A DNA stretch of 55,945 nucleotides from Eubacteriales bacterium (GTDB taxonomy: Bacteria; Bacillota; Clostridia; Oscillospirales; CAG-272). Position 1 is the first letter of the stretch. Each line of letters begins with the position of its first letter. Below the pieces are notes generated by a model. It searched no databases, was not told where the DNA came from, and saw only the letters and a program-made list of their open reading frames with translations. The stretch is taken from positions 1 to 55,945 of the forward strand of contig JAZRQR010000062.1 in assembly GCA_045650025.1 (NCBI GenBank). The letters are read 5' to 3'. This document shows positions 45,633 through 54,906 of the stretch, piece by piece. The translations under genes were made by a program, and so were the position numbers.

Positions 45633-45661
45633 TTGAAATGCTCCAAACAATATGATATAAT
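45633..45661 (+). promoter_or_regulatory. Sigma-A type promoter for 45704..48904
   Basis: TTGAAA, 17 nt, TGaTATAAT. Confidence 0.6.
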
Positions 45662-45703
45662 AAAGATGTCTTTATACAATCTGTATAACCCAGGAGGTAT
45701 TTT

Positions 45704-48700
45704 ATGCGAACGATCCGATTATTTGCATTGCTTCTGTGCGCATGCATGCTGCTCCCGCTTGTAGCCTGCAAGCCCACAACCCATCCGGAAGACACCACCA
45801 CCGAGCAAGCCACGGTTACCGAAGAGATCACGACGGATCCCGGCGAGGTGGAGCCCGAACCGCCCAAGGACGCGATTGAAGCGCAAAAGCAGGAGCTGGC
45901 GGCTATGAAGAGCGCCATCGGCTCTACCAACAGCACCGTATTGTACGTTAAGGACTTTGGCGCTGTGGGTGACGGCAAGACCGATGACGGTACTGCCATC
46001 TTCAACGCAGTAAATGCCGCTGCCGAGCAGCACGCAACCCTGAGGTTCGAGGAAAATAAGACTTATTACGTAGCCTCGGTTCCCGGCGGTCGTCTGACCC
46101 CCTTTACCCTGAACGGCGCGCACGATATGACCATTGACGGCTGCAACTCCACCATTCTGATCGCGCCCGATATGCGTTACATCCGCTTCAACAACTGCGG
46201 CAACATCAAGATGACCAATCTGCATTTTGACTATGCTGTCTCGGTCTATCTGGTGGGTAAGGTCAAGGACGTACAAGGCTCCACGGTCATTTTTGAGTTG
46301 GACCAAAATCCTTACGTAGACCACTTTGACTATTCCGGTGCAAACGGTTTCTCGATCGCGTATAACGAAGGCACGCAGCAGCGTCCGCATGCCTTTATGA
46401 CCCAGATGCACAAGACCGGCGACAAGGAAGTCTCGGTCACCTATAAGGGTCACACCTACAAGGCAGGTCAAACCGTATTCCTGCCCAACCCCGGCGTCGG
46501 TCACGTAGCAGACCAGGTCATTCACGTGGCAGGCTCGGATCAGCCCATGCTGTTTGAAAACATTGGCATCCATGCAGCCTCCAGCTTTGTTTGGGCGCTC
46601 ATGCACAACAAGGATCACCTGTTCTTTGAGAACGTAGATCTCGTACCCGCAGAGAGCAACGACAGAGAGATCAAGATGGTATCCTGGCGTGACGGCTACC
46701 ACTGTAAGAACAATACCGCAGGCATTCACTGGAACAACTGCGAAGCAGACGTGCTCTTTGACGACGTATTCAACATCGCCGCAACCCTGGGCGTTGTGAC
46801 CGAGGTCAGCGGTGACACCTCGTTCACCATCAAAAATTACGAAAACGCCGCAGATGTGTTCACCTGCACCCCCGGTGACACCGTTGACATCTACGATCTC
46901 AAGTCCGGCGCCTACAAGGGCAATGCGCGTGTTCGTGCCGTTGTCGACAATGCCGACGGCTCGCGCACCATCCACCTGTATTACGGTCAGACCATTGAAA
47001 ACGTTTCCGAGGGCTGCGTGGTTGCTAACCGCGATACCGGCGCTCCCGGCTCTACCATTACCAACTGCCATTTCCAGGGCACCTTCCGATTCCTGCGTAA
47101 CCTGTACGTAGAAAACACGGTATTTGATCTGTTGGTCATCTGGATGATGGTAGAAGGCTCGGTAGAAGGTCCTATGCCCGGTAACGTAGACTTTGTGAAC
47201 TGCACCTTCAACGGCGGCGAGATCCAGCTGGACGCTTACAACCGTAACACCGCCAAGCGTATGAAGAACATTGGTGCAGAGATCAAGGACATCGGTTTCT
47301 GGGGCTGTACGCTCAACGGAACCAGAATCCACACCAATACCGGATGCACGCATACCGTAGCAGACACCTTTACCACCGACGATCTGTATACCGTTCAGTA
47401 CCGTGCTGCCAAGGTTGACCCGCAAAGCATTTCTCCCACCAAGGACGATCTTTCCCTGGGCGTAACCTGGGACTGGACGCTGTTTACCATGAATATGACC
47501 GGTGAATCGGCTGCCGTCACTCCCCTGTCCTCTCTGTCCGACCGCGCACTTGCAGACAAGCTCAATGTGGAAAACGTAGGAAACAGCGTGCTGGCACTCA
47601 ATGCTACCACAGGCGAAAAGCTGTATCTGGACGGCTTGAGCAAATCCTCGCTCTCCTACCTGTATGAAAAGAACACCAGCTATATCGTAAAGCTGACCTA
47701 TTATGCAGAATCTCCCGTCAAGGCAAGCCTTGTGATGGGCGAGACAGTCGTCTCCGACGATCTGTTTGCAAAAACGGGCGAGGTGACCACCGTAACCCTG
47801 ATGTACAGCTCGACCGGTAAGGGCAACATTACTTATATTGAATACCAAGGCGCAGGCAAGGTATATCTTGGCGAGCTGACCATAGCAGCCTTTGTCAACG
47901 CCAACCCCTCGCTCAGCCAGCTGGAGGAAGGTCATACCTTTGTATGGGATAGGAACGTGACCATCAAGGGCGGTAAGGCAATCAAGGTTGACGAAATCTC
48001 TAACGCCGATGCCAAGGCAGCAATTCAGGCAGCCCCCGATAAGTTCGGTCAAACCGTACTGCATCTGGATAGCGCTCCCGGTGAATTCACCGGCTTGACC
48101 AAAAAGAACTATTTCACGGCAGGCGTGACCTACCACATCAGCATTGATGCATACATCGCCTCCCCCATGTCCGAAGGCTCCACCATGTATCTGCTCGCAA
48201 TGGACAGCACCCCCGGCAACCGCGTCCTCTGCCAGGGCATTTTCGATGGCGAGGGCATGTACCACTTTGAAATGAATTGGCAGGTTGGCGCTACCGGTGA
48301 AAAGGAGCTGCGCTTCTTCATTGATAACACCCCCACCAACTATGCGGACATTTACGTTGGTAACTTCACCATTACCAAGATGCCCAGTCTCTCCCCCAAC
48401 AAGACCGTCATCCCCTCGCAGATGACCCAGGCAACCCAAGACCAGCTGCGCGCAGGCTTTACCTACGACTTTGCAAGCGGCGTCTTCTTTGAGACCACCG
48501 TCAACTCCTACGTCGATACCTCTTGCCTCAACGATTACACCAAGCAGATGCTTTCCGAGGCAGGATTTGGCGAATACGCGTACTATTTTGCCGAGAACTT
48601 CCACTCCATTGCACTCAACAACCCCGTGCTTGGCGGCAACAAGTATACCATTACCATGCAGGTATACGACTGCAAGGGCAACCTGGACGACAGCGCTCGC

Positions 48701-48904
48701 GGCGCGTTCGTACTGCTTAACATGACGGGCGGCGGTCAGAACAGTGCCGAGGTCAACTACAAGATCACGGCAGATCCCAACGTTCCCGGTCTTTACACCC
48801 TCACCTTTACCGACAACGTTCCCGGTGGCACGGATGACCTTCTGTTCTACCAGATCGAGCCTTGTGAGTTCTATATCAAGTCCATCACCGTAAAGGTTGG
48901 CTAA
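45704..48904 (+). CDS. Surface lipoprotein with a pectate-lyase-superfamily right-handed beta-helix and three C-terminal CBM-like modules
   Basis: Lipobox LPLVAC. VKDFGAVGDGKTDDGTAIFNAVNAAA (Pectate_lyase_3-type N-terminal motif). Three ~150-aa modules ending YLGELTI, YVGNFTI, YIKSITV. RBS AGGAGG. Confidence 0.8.
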   Translation: MRTIRLFALLLCACMLLPLVACKPTTHPEDTTTEQATVTEEITTDPGEVEPEPPKDAIEAQKQELAAMKSAIGSTNSTVLYVKDFGAVGDGKTDDGTAIFNAVNAAAEQHATLRFEENKTYYVASVPGGRLTPFTLNGAHDMTIDGCNSTILIAPDMRYIRFNNCGNIKMTNLHFDYAVSVYLVGKVKDVQGSTVIFELDQNPYVDHFDYSGANGFSIAYNEGTQQRPHAFMTQMHKTGDKEVSVTYKGHTYKAGQTVFLPNPGVGHVADQVIHVAGSDQPMLFENIGIHAASSFVWALMHNKDHLFFENVDLVPAESNDREIKMVSWRDGYHCKNNTAGIHWNNCEADVLFDDVFNIAATLGVVTEVSGDTSFTIKNYENAADVFTCTPGDTVDIYDLKSGAYKGNARVRAVVDNADGSRTIHLYYGQTIENVSEGCVVANRDTGAPGSTITNCHFQGTFRFLRNLYVENTVFDLLVIWMMVEGSVEGPMPGNVDFVNCTFNGGEIQLDAYNRNTAKRMKNIGAEIKDIGFWGCTLNGTRIHTNTGCTHTVADTFTTDDLYTVQYRAAKVDPQSISPTKDDLSLGVTWDWTLFTMNMTGESAAVTPLSSLSDRALADKLNVENVGNSVLALNATTGEKLYLDGLSKSSLSYLYEKNTSYIVKLTYYAESPVKASLVMGETVVSDDLFAKTGEVTTVTLMYSSTGKGNITYIEYQGAGKVYLGELTIAAFVNANPSLSQLEEGHTFVWDRNVTIKGGKAIKVDEISNADAKAAIQAAPDKFGQTVLHLDSAPGEFTGLTKKNYFTAGVTYHISIDAYIASPMSEGSTMYLLAMDSTPGNRVLCQGIFDGEGMYHFEMNWQVGATGEKELRFFIDNTPTNYADIYVGNFTITKMPSLSPNKTVIPSQMTQATQDQLRAGFTYDFASGVFFETTVNSYVDTSCLNDYTKQMLSEAGFGEYAYYFAENFHSIALNNPVLGGNKYTITMQVYDCKGNLDDSARGAFVLLNMTGGGQNSAEVNYKITADPNVPGLYTLTFTDNVPGGTDDLLFYQIEPCEFYIKSITVKVG

Positions 48905-48916
48905 TCGCCACACCAA

Positions 48917-48946
48917 GGGCTGCGCAGCAATGCGCAGCCCTTTTTG
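48917..48946 (+). terminator. Rho-independent terminator
   Basis: GGGCTGCGCA-GCAA-TGCGCAGCCC followed by TTTTTG. Confidence 0.8.
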
Positions 48947-48984
48947 CGTTTCATGCTTATATTTTGACAAAATGCGCGCCACCA

Positions 48985-49013
48985 TTGACAAGTCACAAGA
49001 CTTGTGCTATAAT
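48985..49013 (+). promoter_or_regulatory. Sigma-A type promoter for 49059..51570
   Basis: TTGACA, 17 nt, TGcTATAAT. Confidence 0.65.
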
Positions 49014-49058
49014 GGAATTGTGAAACTATATCTACATTTATAAAAGGAGATAACTACG

Positions 49059-50051
49059 ATGAACAGTACAACAAAAGTGCTTGCCGTTCTGCTGGTGCTT
49101 GGCATGCTGAGCATGTCCTTGATGGCTTGCAGCACGGACAGCAATACCACCGACCCCGGCACCAATCCCGGTGGCACCTCCACCGAAGCAAGCACAGAAG
49201 CAAACTCCGGCAACGTGGCAACCCAATACGGTAACTACTACACCGACAAGCCCGCACGCACGCTGGAGGAAATTTTTGCGGATAAGATCCAGCATACCAA
49301 CAATACCTTTGCAACCGGCTCCTCCTACTCGGATGACAAGATCGGCAAGGTATACAAGATCGCAGACTGCATTGCAAACTACGAGGCATACGTGATCGAA
49401 TACGGCGTGCAGGATCAGCTCAACGATCTGTATGAGCAGACCGGCTTTACCCTGGATCTGGGCTTTGGCGCAGAGATGGTCAAGCACTACATCGACATGA
49501 CCGGCGACACCTACGATTACTCCACCAGAATGGAGGAGCTGCTCGATCACCCCAAGGTAAGCGCCGCACAGGTCACCTGTGTCAACGCAGCCATGAAGGC
49601 AGCTGAAAACCTGGTCAAGGACGGCCAGAGCGGCATTTCTGTCAACCAGAATCAGCCCATGAGCTTCACCAGCCTGAAATCCACGGACGGTACCGTATAT
49701 TTCGCGCTTGGCTCTTACCACACCATGGCTGACCTTTCCAACGTACAGAGAACCGGCGACACCCTGAGCGCAACCCTGACCTTCCGCATCGTGGACTACT
49801 ACGATTGGGCAGAGGATAACCAGACGCCCGAATTCACCTCCTACCTGGAAAAGCTGGATAGCACCTACTATACCCTGCTGGGTGAAATGGTCGATATGCC
49901 CACGCTGGAGGGCTTCTGCCAGGCTGACCTTGCACAGCTGCACTACGCAGGCTTTGCACAGAACTTCTTGGCACATGGCACAATCGTTTACAATATCACC
50001 TGGACCGCAGGTCAGACCTTTGCACAGGCAACCGTAACCCCCGCACAGTAA
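49059..50051 (+). CDS. Lipoprotein of unknown function
   Basis: Lipobox MSLMAC. RBS AAAGGAG. 330 aa. No family recognised. Confidence 0.7.
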   Translation: MNSTTKVLAVLLVLGMLSMSLMACSTDSNTTDPGTNPGGTSTEASTEANSGNVATQYGNYYTDKPARTLEEIFADKIQHTNNTFATGSSYSDDKIGKVYKIADCIANYEAYVIEYGVQDQLNDLYEQTGFTLDLGFGAEMVKHYIDMTGDTYDYSTRMEELLDHPKVSAAQVTCVNAAMKAAENLVKDGQSGISVNQNQPMSFTSLKSTDGTVYFALGSYHTMADLSNVQRTGDTLSATLTFRIVDYYDWAEDNQTPEFTSYLEKLDSTYYTLLGEMVDMPTLEGFCQADLAQLHYAGFAQNFLAHGTIVYNITWTAGQTFAQATVTPAQ

Positions 50052-50088
50052 TCCCATATAGACATTCGTTACGAAAAGGAGAAATCTC

Positions 50089-51570
50089 ATGCGTCAACGT
50101 ATCTTGGCCATTATTCTTGCTGCTTTGTTGCTTCTCCCCTGCCTCTGCGCTTGCGCAGAAACCGATCAAAATGAAGACCCCCAAGCCTCCGGCAATGAGA
50201 CCGTTGTAGAAAACGATCCCTTTGCAGGCGTGGATTTTAAGGATGCTGAATTTTGGATCTACACCAGTGTCAATGCCGCTTCAACCGGTATGGGCAATTC
50301 CAATTTCATGATTGAAGGCGAAGAGGAGGCAGATTCCTCTGACATCGTAGCTTCCGCCGTGTACAAGAGAAATCTGGACACCGAGGAGCTGCTCAACATC
50401 AATCTGGAATACGTACACTCCGATCTCCCCTATACCGACGTTGCAGACGATATCAAAATGTACGTTACGTCCGGCACTGACGAATTTGACCTGATCATCA
50501 ACGACCTGTTCCCTCTGGCAGGCTTGAGCATCAACGGTTATTTCGTCAACACCTTGGATGCCGACTACAATTTCGATTTTGATCAAAAGTACTGGTACGC
50601 CGACTACATGACCAACGTAAGCTTTATCGAAGGTTATCAGTTCCTGCTGGCAGGCGACTATTTTGCAGACGTCATCCGCAGCGGACACTGCTTGCTGTTC
50701 AACAAGGATCTTTACAGAGACAGATACGGCGACCCCGATGAGCTGTATACCCTGGTACTGAATTACGAATGGACGCACGCAAAGATGCTGGAGATCATCT
50801 CCGAAAACTACGTGGACCTCAACGGTAACAGTCAGAAGGACGACGATGACCGCTACGGCTATCTCGTTGGCGATATGTGGGGTAGCTCCATTCCGCTGAT
50901 CGCTTCGGGCGACTGTAATTACATGACCCGTGACGAGGAAGGTTATCCCGTCATGACCATCAACAACGACCGCGCTTATACGTTAGTAGACAGCATTCAC
51001 CATCTGATGTATGGCGAGGGAACGCGCTCGATCAACGAATCGGAGCTGCTGAATGCCTTTATCAACGACAAGGCTTTGATCGTTGGCTATCAGAGACTTG
51101 GCTCGCTGGAAAACATGCGCCACATGGAGCATGACGCAGGCATTATTCCCTATCCCATGCTGCTGGAGACCGACAAGCAGTACAACACCTCCTCGCACGA
51201 TACCACCGAGGTTGGCGTTATTCTGACCACCTCGATCAACGATATGGACTATATCAGCTCGGTGCTGGAGGTGCTCAACCGCGAAACCGACAAAACCGTC
51301 ATGCCGCAGTACTACGAGACCGCACTCAAGGTCAAGTACACCGATGACCCGCAGGCAGGCGCTATGATCGACATCATCCACGACAACTTCCGTAACGTAT
51401 TTGAGCTTGCTTACGATTACGAGCTCGGTATGCCCATGCAGACTGCAATCTACGGCTCGATTGCCAAGAACGCATCGGTGGCTTCCAAGCTCAAGAAAAC
51501 CGAGAGCAGCAGCCAAAAGAAGATTGCCAAGCTGATCGCGGCATGCGAAAAGAACTTTATGAACAATTGA
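50089..51570 (+). CDS. Solute-binding-protein-like lipoprotein (third member of the 7567/9186 family)
   Basis: Lipobox PCLCAC. SSDIVASAVYKRN aligns with SSDPLEDAVYRRN of the paralogs. VDLNGNSQKDDDD motif. RBS AAAGGAG. Confidence 0.65.
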   Translation: MRQRILAIILAALLLLPCLCACAETDQNEDPQASGNETVVENDPFAGVDFKDAEFWIYTSVNAASTGMGNSNFMIEGEEEADSSDIVASAVYKRNLDTEELLNINLEYVHSDLPYTDVADDIKMYVTSGTDEFDLIINDLFPLAGLSINGYFVNTLDADYNFDFDQKYWYADYMTNVSFIEGYQFLLAGDYFADVIRSGHCLLFNKDLYRDRYGDPDELYTLVLNYEWTHAKMLEIISENYVDLNGNSQKDDDDRYGYLVGDMWGSSIPLIASGDCNYMTRDEEGYPVMTINNDRAYTLVDSIHHLMYGEGTRSINESELLNAFINDKALIVGYQRLGSLENMRHMEHDAGIIPYPMLLETDKQYNTSSHDTTEVGVILTTSINDMDYISSVLEVLNRETDKTVMPQYYETALKVKYTDDPQAGAMIDIIHDNFRNVFELAYDYELGMPMQTAIYGSIAKNASVASKLKKTESSSQKKIAKLIAACEKNFMNN

Positions 51571-51577
51571 CCGCATA

Positions 51578-51622
51578 CAAAAAGGACCGAATCATCCAAG
51601 GATGATTCGCTCCTCTTTTTTG
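51578..51622. terminator. Bidirectional terminator between convergent 50089..51570 and tpiA
   Basis: ~14-bp stem AGGACCGAATCATCC/GGATGATTCGCTCCT (one mismatch), flanked by an A-run and a T-run. Confidence 0.75.
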
Positions 51623-51629
51623 AAACAAA

Positions 51630-52391
51630 TTACTGTGCTGCGTCTACGATTGCGGTAAACTTAGCAGCAACCAGAGATGCGCCACCGATCAGACCGCCGT
51701 CAACGTGCTCCTTAGCGAGCAGCTCTGCAGCGTTCTTTTCGTTCATGGAGCCACCGTACTGAATGGTGGTAGCCTCTGCAACCTCTGTGCCGTAGATCTC
51801 AGCCAGAACCTCACGGATCTGACCGCAGGTCTCGTCAGCCTGCTCGGGGGTAGCGGTCAGACCGGTACCGATTGCCCAAACGGGCTCGTACGCGATGGTG
51901 CCGTTAGCCATCTGCTCTGCGGTTACGCCAGCCAGATCCAGCTTGGTCTGCATGGAAACAACCTCACGGGTAATACCGGAAAGTCTCTCCTCCTTAACCT
52001 CACCCAAGCAAAGAATAACCTTCATGCCAGCCTCGAGAGCTGCCTTGGTACGAGCGTTTACGGTAGCGTCAGTCTCGCCGAAGTACTGTCTTCTCTCGGA
52101 GTGACCGATGATAACGTACTCAACGCCGATAGCGGTCAGCATTTCTGCGGAAACCTCACCGGTGTACGCGCCGCTCTTTGCAAAGTGCACGTTCTCAGCG
52201 CCGATCTTAATGTTGGAGCCTGCTGCAGCCTTCTGTGCAGCGTCGATGGTTACGTAAGGAGCGCAGAAAATGATATCGCAGTTGTCCTTACCAGCCACCA
52301 TGGGCTTGATCTCTTCAATAAAAGCAGTTGCCTGTGCGGGGGTGAAGTTCATCTTCCAGTTGCCCGCAATTACAGTTCTTCTGTTAGCCAT
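51630..52391 (-). CDS. tpiA: Triosephosphate isomerase
   Basis: VIAGNWKMN, IIGHSERR, AYEPVWAIGTG, YGGSM motifs. 253 aa. Confidence 0.96.
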   Translation of the reverse strand: MANRRTVIAGNWKMNFTPAQATAFIEEIKPMVAGKDNCDIIFCAPYVTIDAAQKAAAGSNIKIGAENVHFAKSGAYTGEVSAEMLTAIGVEYVIIGHSERRQYFGETDATVNARTKAALEAGMKVILCLGEVKEERLSGITREVVSMQTKLDLAGVTAEQMANGTIAYEPVWAIGTGLTATPEQADETCGQIREVLAEIYGTEVAEATTIQYGGSMNEKNAAELLAKEHVDGGLIGGASLVAAKFTAIVDAAQ

Positions 52392-52411
52392 TGTCGTGTA
52401 TCCTCCGTAGA

Positions 52412-53728
52412 TTATTCCTTGTCAGCAAGGCAAGCGATACCGGGCAGCTCCAGACCCTCAAGGAACTCAAGGGATGCACCGCCACCGGTGGAAATGTGGG
52501 TGATCTTATCAGCATAGCCCAGCTGCTCGCAAGCTGCTGCGCTGTCGCCACCGCCAACGATGGTGGTAGCTGCGGAAGCTGCCAGAGCCTCTGCTACTGC
52601 AATGGTACCCTTTGCAAGAGTGGGGTTCTCGAACACGCCCATAGGACCGTTCCAAACAACCGTCTTTGCATTCTTAACTGCCTCTGCGTACAGAGCCATG
52701 GTCTTAGGACCAATATCAACGCCTTCTCTCTCTGCAGGGATCTTGTCAGCGTCGTAGATCTCAACGTCAACGGGAGCGTCGATGGGGTTGGGGAATTCAG
52801 CAATGGTGGTAACGTCGATGGGGAGCAGCAGCTGAACGCCGTTTGCCTCTGCCTTAGCCATCATATCGCGGCAGTAGTCGATCTTGCTCTCATCAAGCAG
52901 AGACTTACCAACGCCGTAGCCCTTAGCAGCCTGGAAGGTGTAAGCCATACCGCCGCCGATGATCAGGGTGTCAACCTTGCCAAGGAGGTTGTTGATAACG
53001 TTGAGCTTATCGGAAACCTTTGCGCCGCCCAGGATTGCAACGAAGGGACGCTCGGGGTTAGCCAGAGCCTTACCCATAACGGAAATTTCCTTCTGGATCA
53101 GATAGCCGCAAACTGCAGGCAGACCTGCGTGCTGCGCAACACCTGCGGTGGATGCGTGTGCACGGTGAGCAGTACCGAACGCATCGTTTACGAAGATCTC
53201 AGCAAAGCTTGCAAGCTGCTTTGCGAATTCGGGATCGTTCTTCTCTTCCTTCTTGGTAAAGCGGGTATTCTGCAGCAGAACGATGTCGCCGGGCTTCATT
53301 GCAGCAACCTTAGCCTGTGCATCCTCGCCAACGGTATCGTTAGCGAATACTACACCGCCGCCAAGCAGCTCGTTGAGCTTATCAGCAACAACCTGCAGGG
53401 AGAACTTCTTAACGTCGCCCTTTGCCTTTTCAAGCGCTGCAGCGGTAGCAGCTTCTCTTTCAGCCTCAGGCAGCTTTTCGATCTTAGCGATCTCCTTCTT
53501 GTCCAGCTTGAGTTCCTTGTCAAATACGTTGTGGGGCTTACCCATGTGAGAGCACAGGATAACCATAGCGCCCTGCTCCTTGAGGTACTTGATGGTGGGC
53601 AGAGCCTCAACGATTCTCTTCTCGGAGGTGATCACGCCGTCCTTAACGGGTACGTTGAAGTCACAACGAACCAGGCACTTCTTACCGGCAACGTTGATGT
53701 CTTCAATATTCTTCTTGTTGTAAGTCAT
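52412..53728 (-). CDS. pgk: Phosphoglycerate kinase, with a ~35-aa insertion after the GKP motif
   Basis: Trimmed to the ATG at 53728 (RBS AAAGGTGG). [58 protein letters not shown] motifs. Confidence 0.95.
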   Translation of the reverse strand: MTYNKKNIEDINVAGKKCLVRCDFNVPVKDGVITSEKRIVEALPTIKYLKEQGAMVILCSHMGKPHNVFDKELKLDKKEIAKIEKLPEAEREAATAAALEKAKGDVKKFSLQVVADKLNELLGGGVVFANDTVGEDAQAKVAAMKPGDIVLLQNTRFTKKEEKNDPEFAKQLASFAEIFVNDAFGTAHRAHASTAGVAQHAGLPAVCGYLIQKEISVMGKALANPERPFVAILGGAKVSDKLNVINNLLGKVDTLIIGGGMAYTFQAAKGYGVGKSLLDESKIDYCRDMMAKAEANGVQLLLPIDVTTIAEFPNPIDAPVDVEIYDADKIPAEREGVDIGPKTMALYAEAVKNAKTVVWNGPMGVFENPTLAKGTIAVAEALAASAATTIVGGGDSAAACEQLGYADKITHISTGGGASLEFLEGLELPGIACLADKE

Positions 53729-53769
53729 GGATGTATTCCACCTTTCACAAATAATTTTTTCCACCTAAT

Positions 53770-53798
53770 ACTATAACACATTTTCTCCGTATTTGCAA
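53770..53798 (-). promoter_or_regulatory. Sigma-A type promoter for pgk-tpiA
   Basis: Minus-sense TTGCAA, 17 nt, TGtTATAGT. Confidence 0.6.
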
Positions 53799-53825
53799 GA
53801 GAATTTGCGTAAAAAAGCAAATTTC

Positions 53826-53862
53826 TTTAAAAATAATAGACGGGGCGCTTCTGCGCCCCGTC
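53826..53862 (-). terminator. Rho-independent terminator after 53884..54576
   Basis: GACGGGGCGC/GCGCCCCGTC 10-bp stem, then TATTATTTTT on the minus strand. Confidence 0.75.
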
Positions 53863-53883
53863 GGGTTGTGTATTATGCGTATT

Positions 53884-54576
53884 TTAAGCCTCGGGCTCGG
53901 TAATGATCAGAGAGAACTTTGCGATAGTCTTCTTGTTCTGCTTACCGTTGATCCAGGACTCGATCTCATACTTTGCGTACTCCTCAGGCAGGGTGGAAGC
54001 CTTGAAGGGCTTACCGGTCCAAACGCCAACGCCTTCGCCTTCATCGTAAGCATCGCAAACCAGAATCAGAACCTTACCTGCACCAATTACGCCTTCGTCA
54101 AACTCTGCAACCAGAGAAGAGTTGTCGGCAAAGTCAACAAACTCGTCAACCTGCAGGGGCTCGCCTGCAACGGTGGTCTCATAGTCGGTATCCCATCTGT
54201 ACACCTTAATGCTCAGGTTACCGATGTCATCGCTATAGCTGGGAGCCTGAACAGCAGCCTCGTACAGATAGCCGCCCTCGGGAATGGTTACAACAACACC
54301 TACGCCCTTGCTCTTCGATTCGATCTTCAGAGCGTTGTGAGAAGCATCATCGTCATCCCAAACGTCAACGTAAACGTCGGTCATATCCGGCAGACCGTCA
54401 TCGGTGGTTACCTCTTCGGTGGTGGGTTCCTCGGTGGTGGGTTCTTCGGTAGTGGGAGCTTCGGTCTTGGTAGCAGCGGTGGTGTTCTTCTCTTCGGTGG
54501 TTTCACCGTTGTCGCAAGCAACCAGCACGCAGCAGATCATCAAAGCTGCCAGGATCATTGCAAGAATTCTTTTCAT
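53884..54576 (-). CDS. Small surface lipoprotein with a TEEPT-repeat linker and a beta-sandwich-like domain of unknown function
   Basis: Trimmed to the ATG at 54576 (MKRILAMILAALMICCVLVAC lipobox, RBS AAAGGAG). The domain resembles the N-terminal region of the 29115..31754 product (YRW/YKW, AEP, VGVWT landmarks). Confidence 0.7.
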   Translation of the reverse strand: MKRILAMILAALMICCVLVACDNGETTEEKNTTAATKTEAPTTEEPTTEEPTTEEVTTDDGLPDMTDVYVDVWDDDDASHNALKIESKSKGVGVVVTIPEGGYLYEAAVQAPSYSDDIGNLSIKVYRWDTDYETTVAGEPLQVDEFVDFADNSSLVAEFDEGVIGAGKVLILVCDAYDEGEGVGVWTGKPFKASTLPEEYAKYEIESWINGKQNKKTIAKFSLIITEPEA

Positions 54577-54677
54577 GGAATAAACTCCTTTCAAATTTCT
54601 GTAATGCCATTATAACAGAAATGAGACAGTTGTGCAAGAGGATTTTTGTATTTTTTTCAATTTTTTCGCAAATATGC

Positions 54678-54706
54678 TTGACAAATCTCGGGGGCGGTTG
54701 TATAAT
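54678..54706 (+). promoter_or_regulatory. Sigma-A type promoter for the TPP riboswitch and thiT
   Basis: TTGACA, 17 nt, TATAAT. Confidence 0.65.
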
Positions 54707-54724
54707 AGGCGCGAACAACCGCAT

Positions 54725-54825
54725 AAAAAATCAGGGGTGCTGACGGAAAACACGTTTTCCAACGGCTGAGATGCGCAGCGCGCGAACCCTTAACCTGATA
54801 CGGATAATACCGGCGTAGGAAGATT
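54725..54825 (+). promoter_or_regulatory. TPP (THI-box) riboswitch
   Basis: CAGGGGTGCTGA...GGCTGAGA...GAACCCTTAACCTGATACGGATAATACCGGCGTAGGAAG matches the THI-element core (GGGGUGC, CUGAGA, ACCUGAUxxGGAUAAUACCxGCGxAGGGA). Confidence 0.88.
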
Positions 54826-54850
54826 TGCATGAATTTGGGATAAGAATCAT

Positions 54851-54890
54851 CAACCGCACGGAGATTTTTCGTGCGGTTGTATTTTTATTT
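54851..54890 (+). terminator. Riboswitch expression-platform terminator
   Basis: CAACCGCACG/CGTGCGGTTG 10-bp stem followed by TATTTTTATTT, directly upstream of the thiT RBS. Confidence 0.75.
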
Positions 54891-54906
54891 CAAAGGAGGA
54901 GGTTTT

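Noticed and set aside
45719-48991. 1090-aa ORF on the minus strand opposite the beta-helix lipoprotein gene
   Set aside because: The plus-strand frame has an RBS, a lipobox signal peptide and a recognisable GDGKTDD beta-helix motif. The minus-strand translation is Gly/Val/Ala/His-rich with no start context, and it runs through the plus-strand terminator and promoter.
54406-54465. Four imperfect 15-nt tandem repeats (encoding TEAPT/TEEPT/TEEPT/TEEVT), considered as a phase-variation locus
   Set aside because: The unit length is a multiple of three, so copy-number change would only lengthen or shorten a flexible linker. The repeats are imperfect. This is ordinary low-complexity tether sequence after a lipobox.
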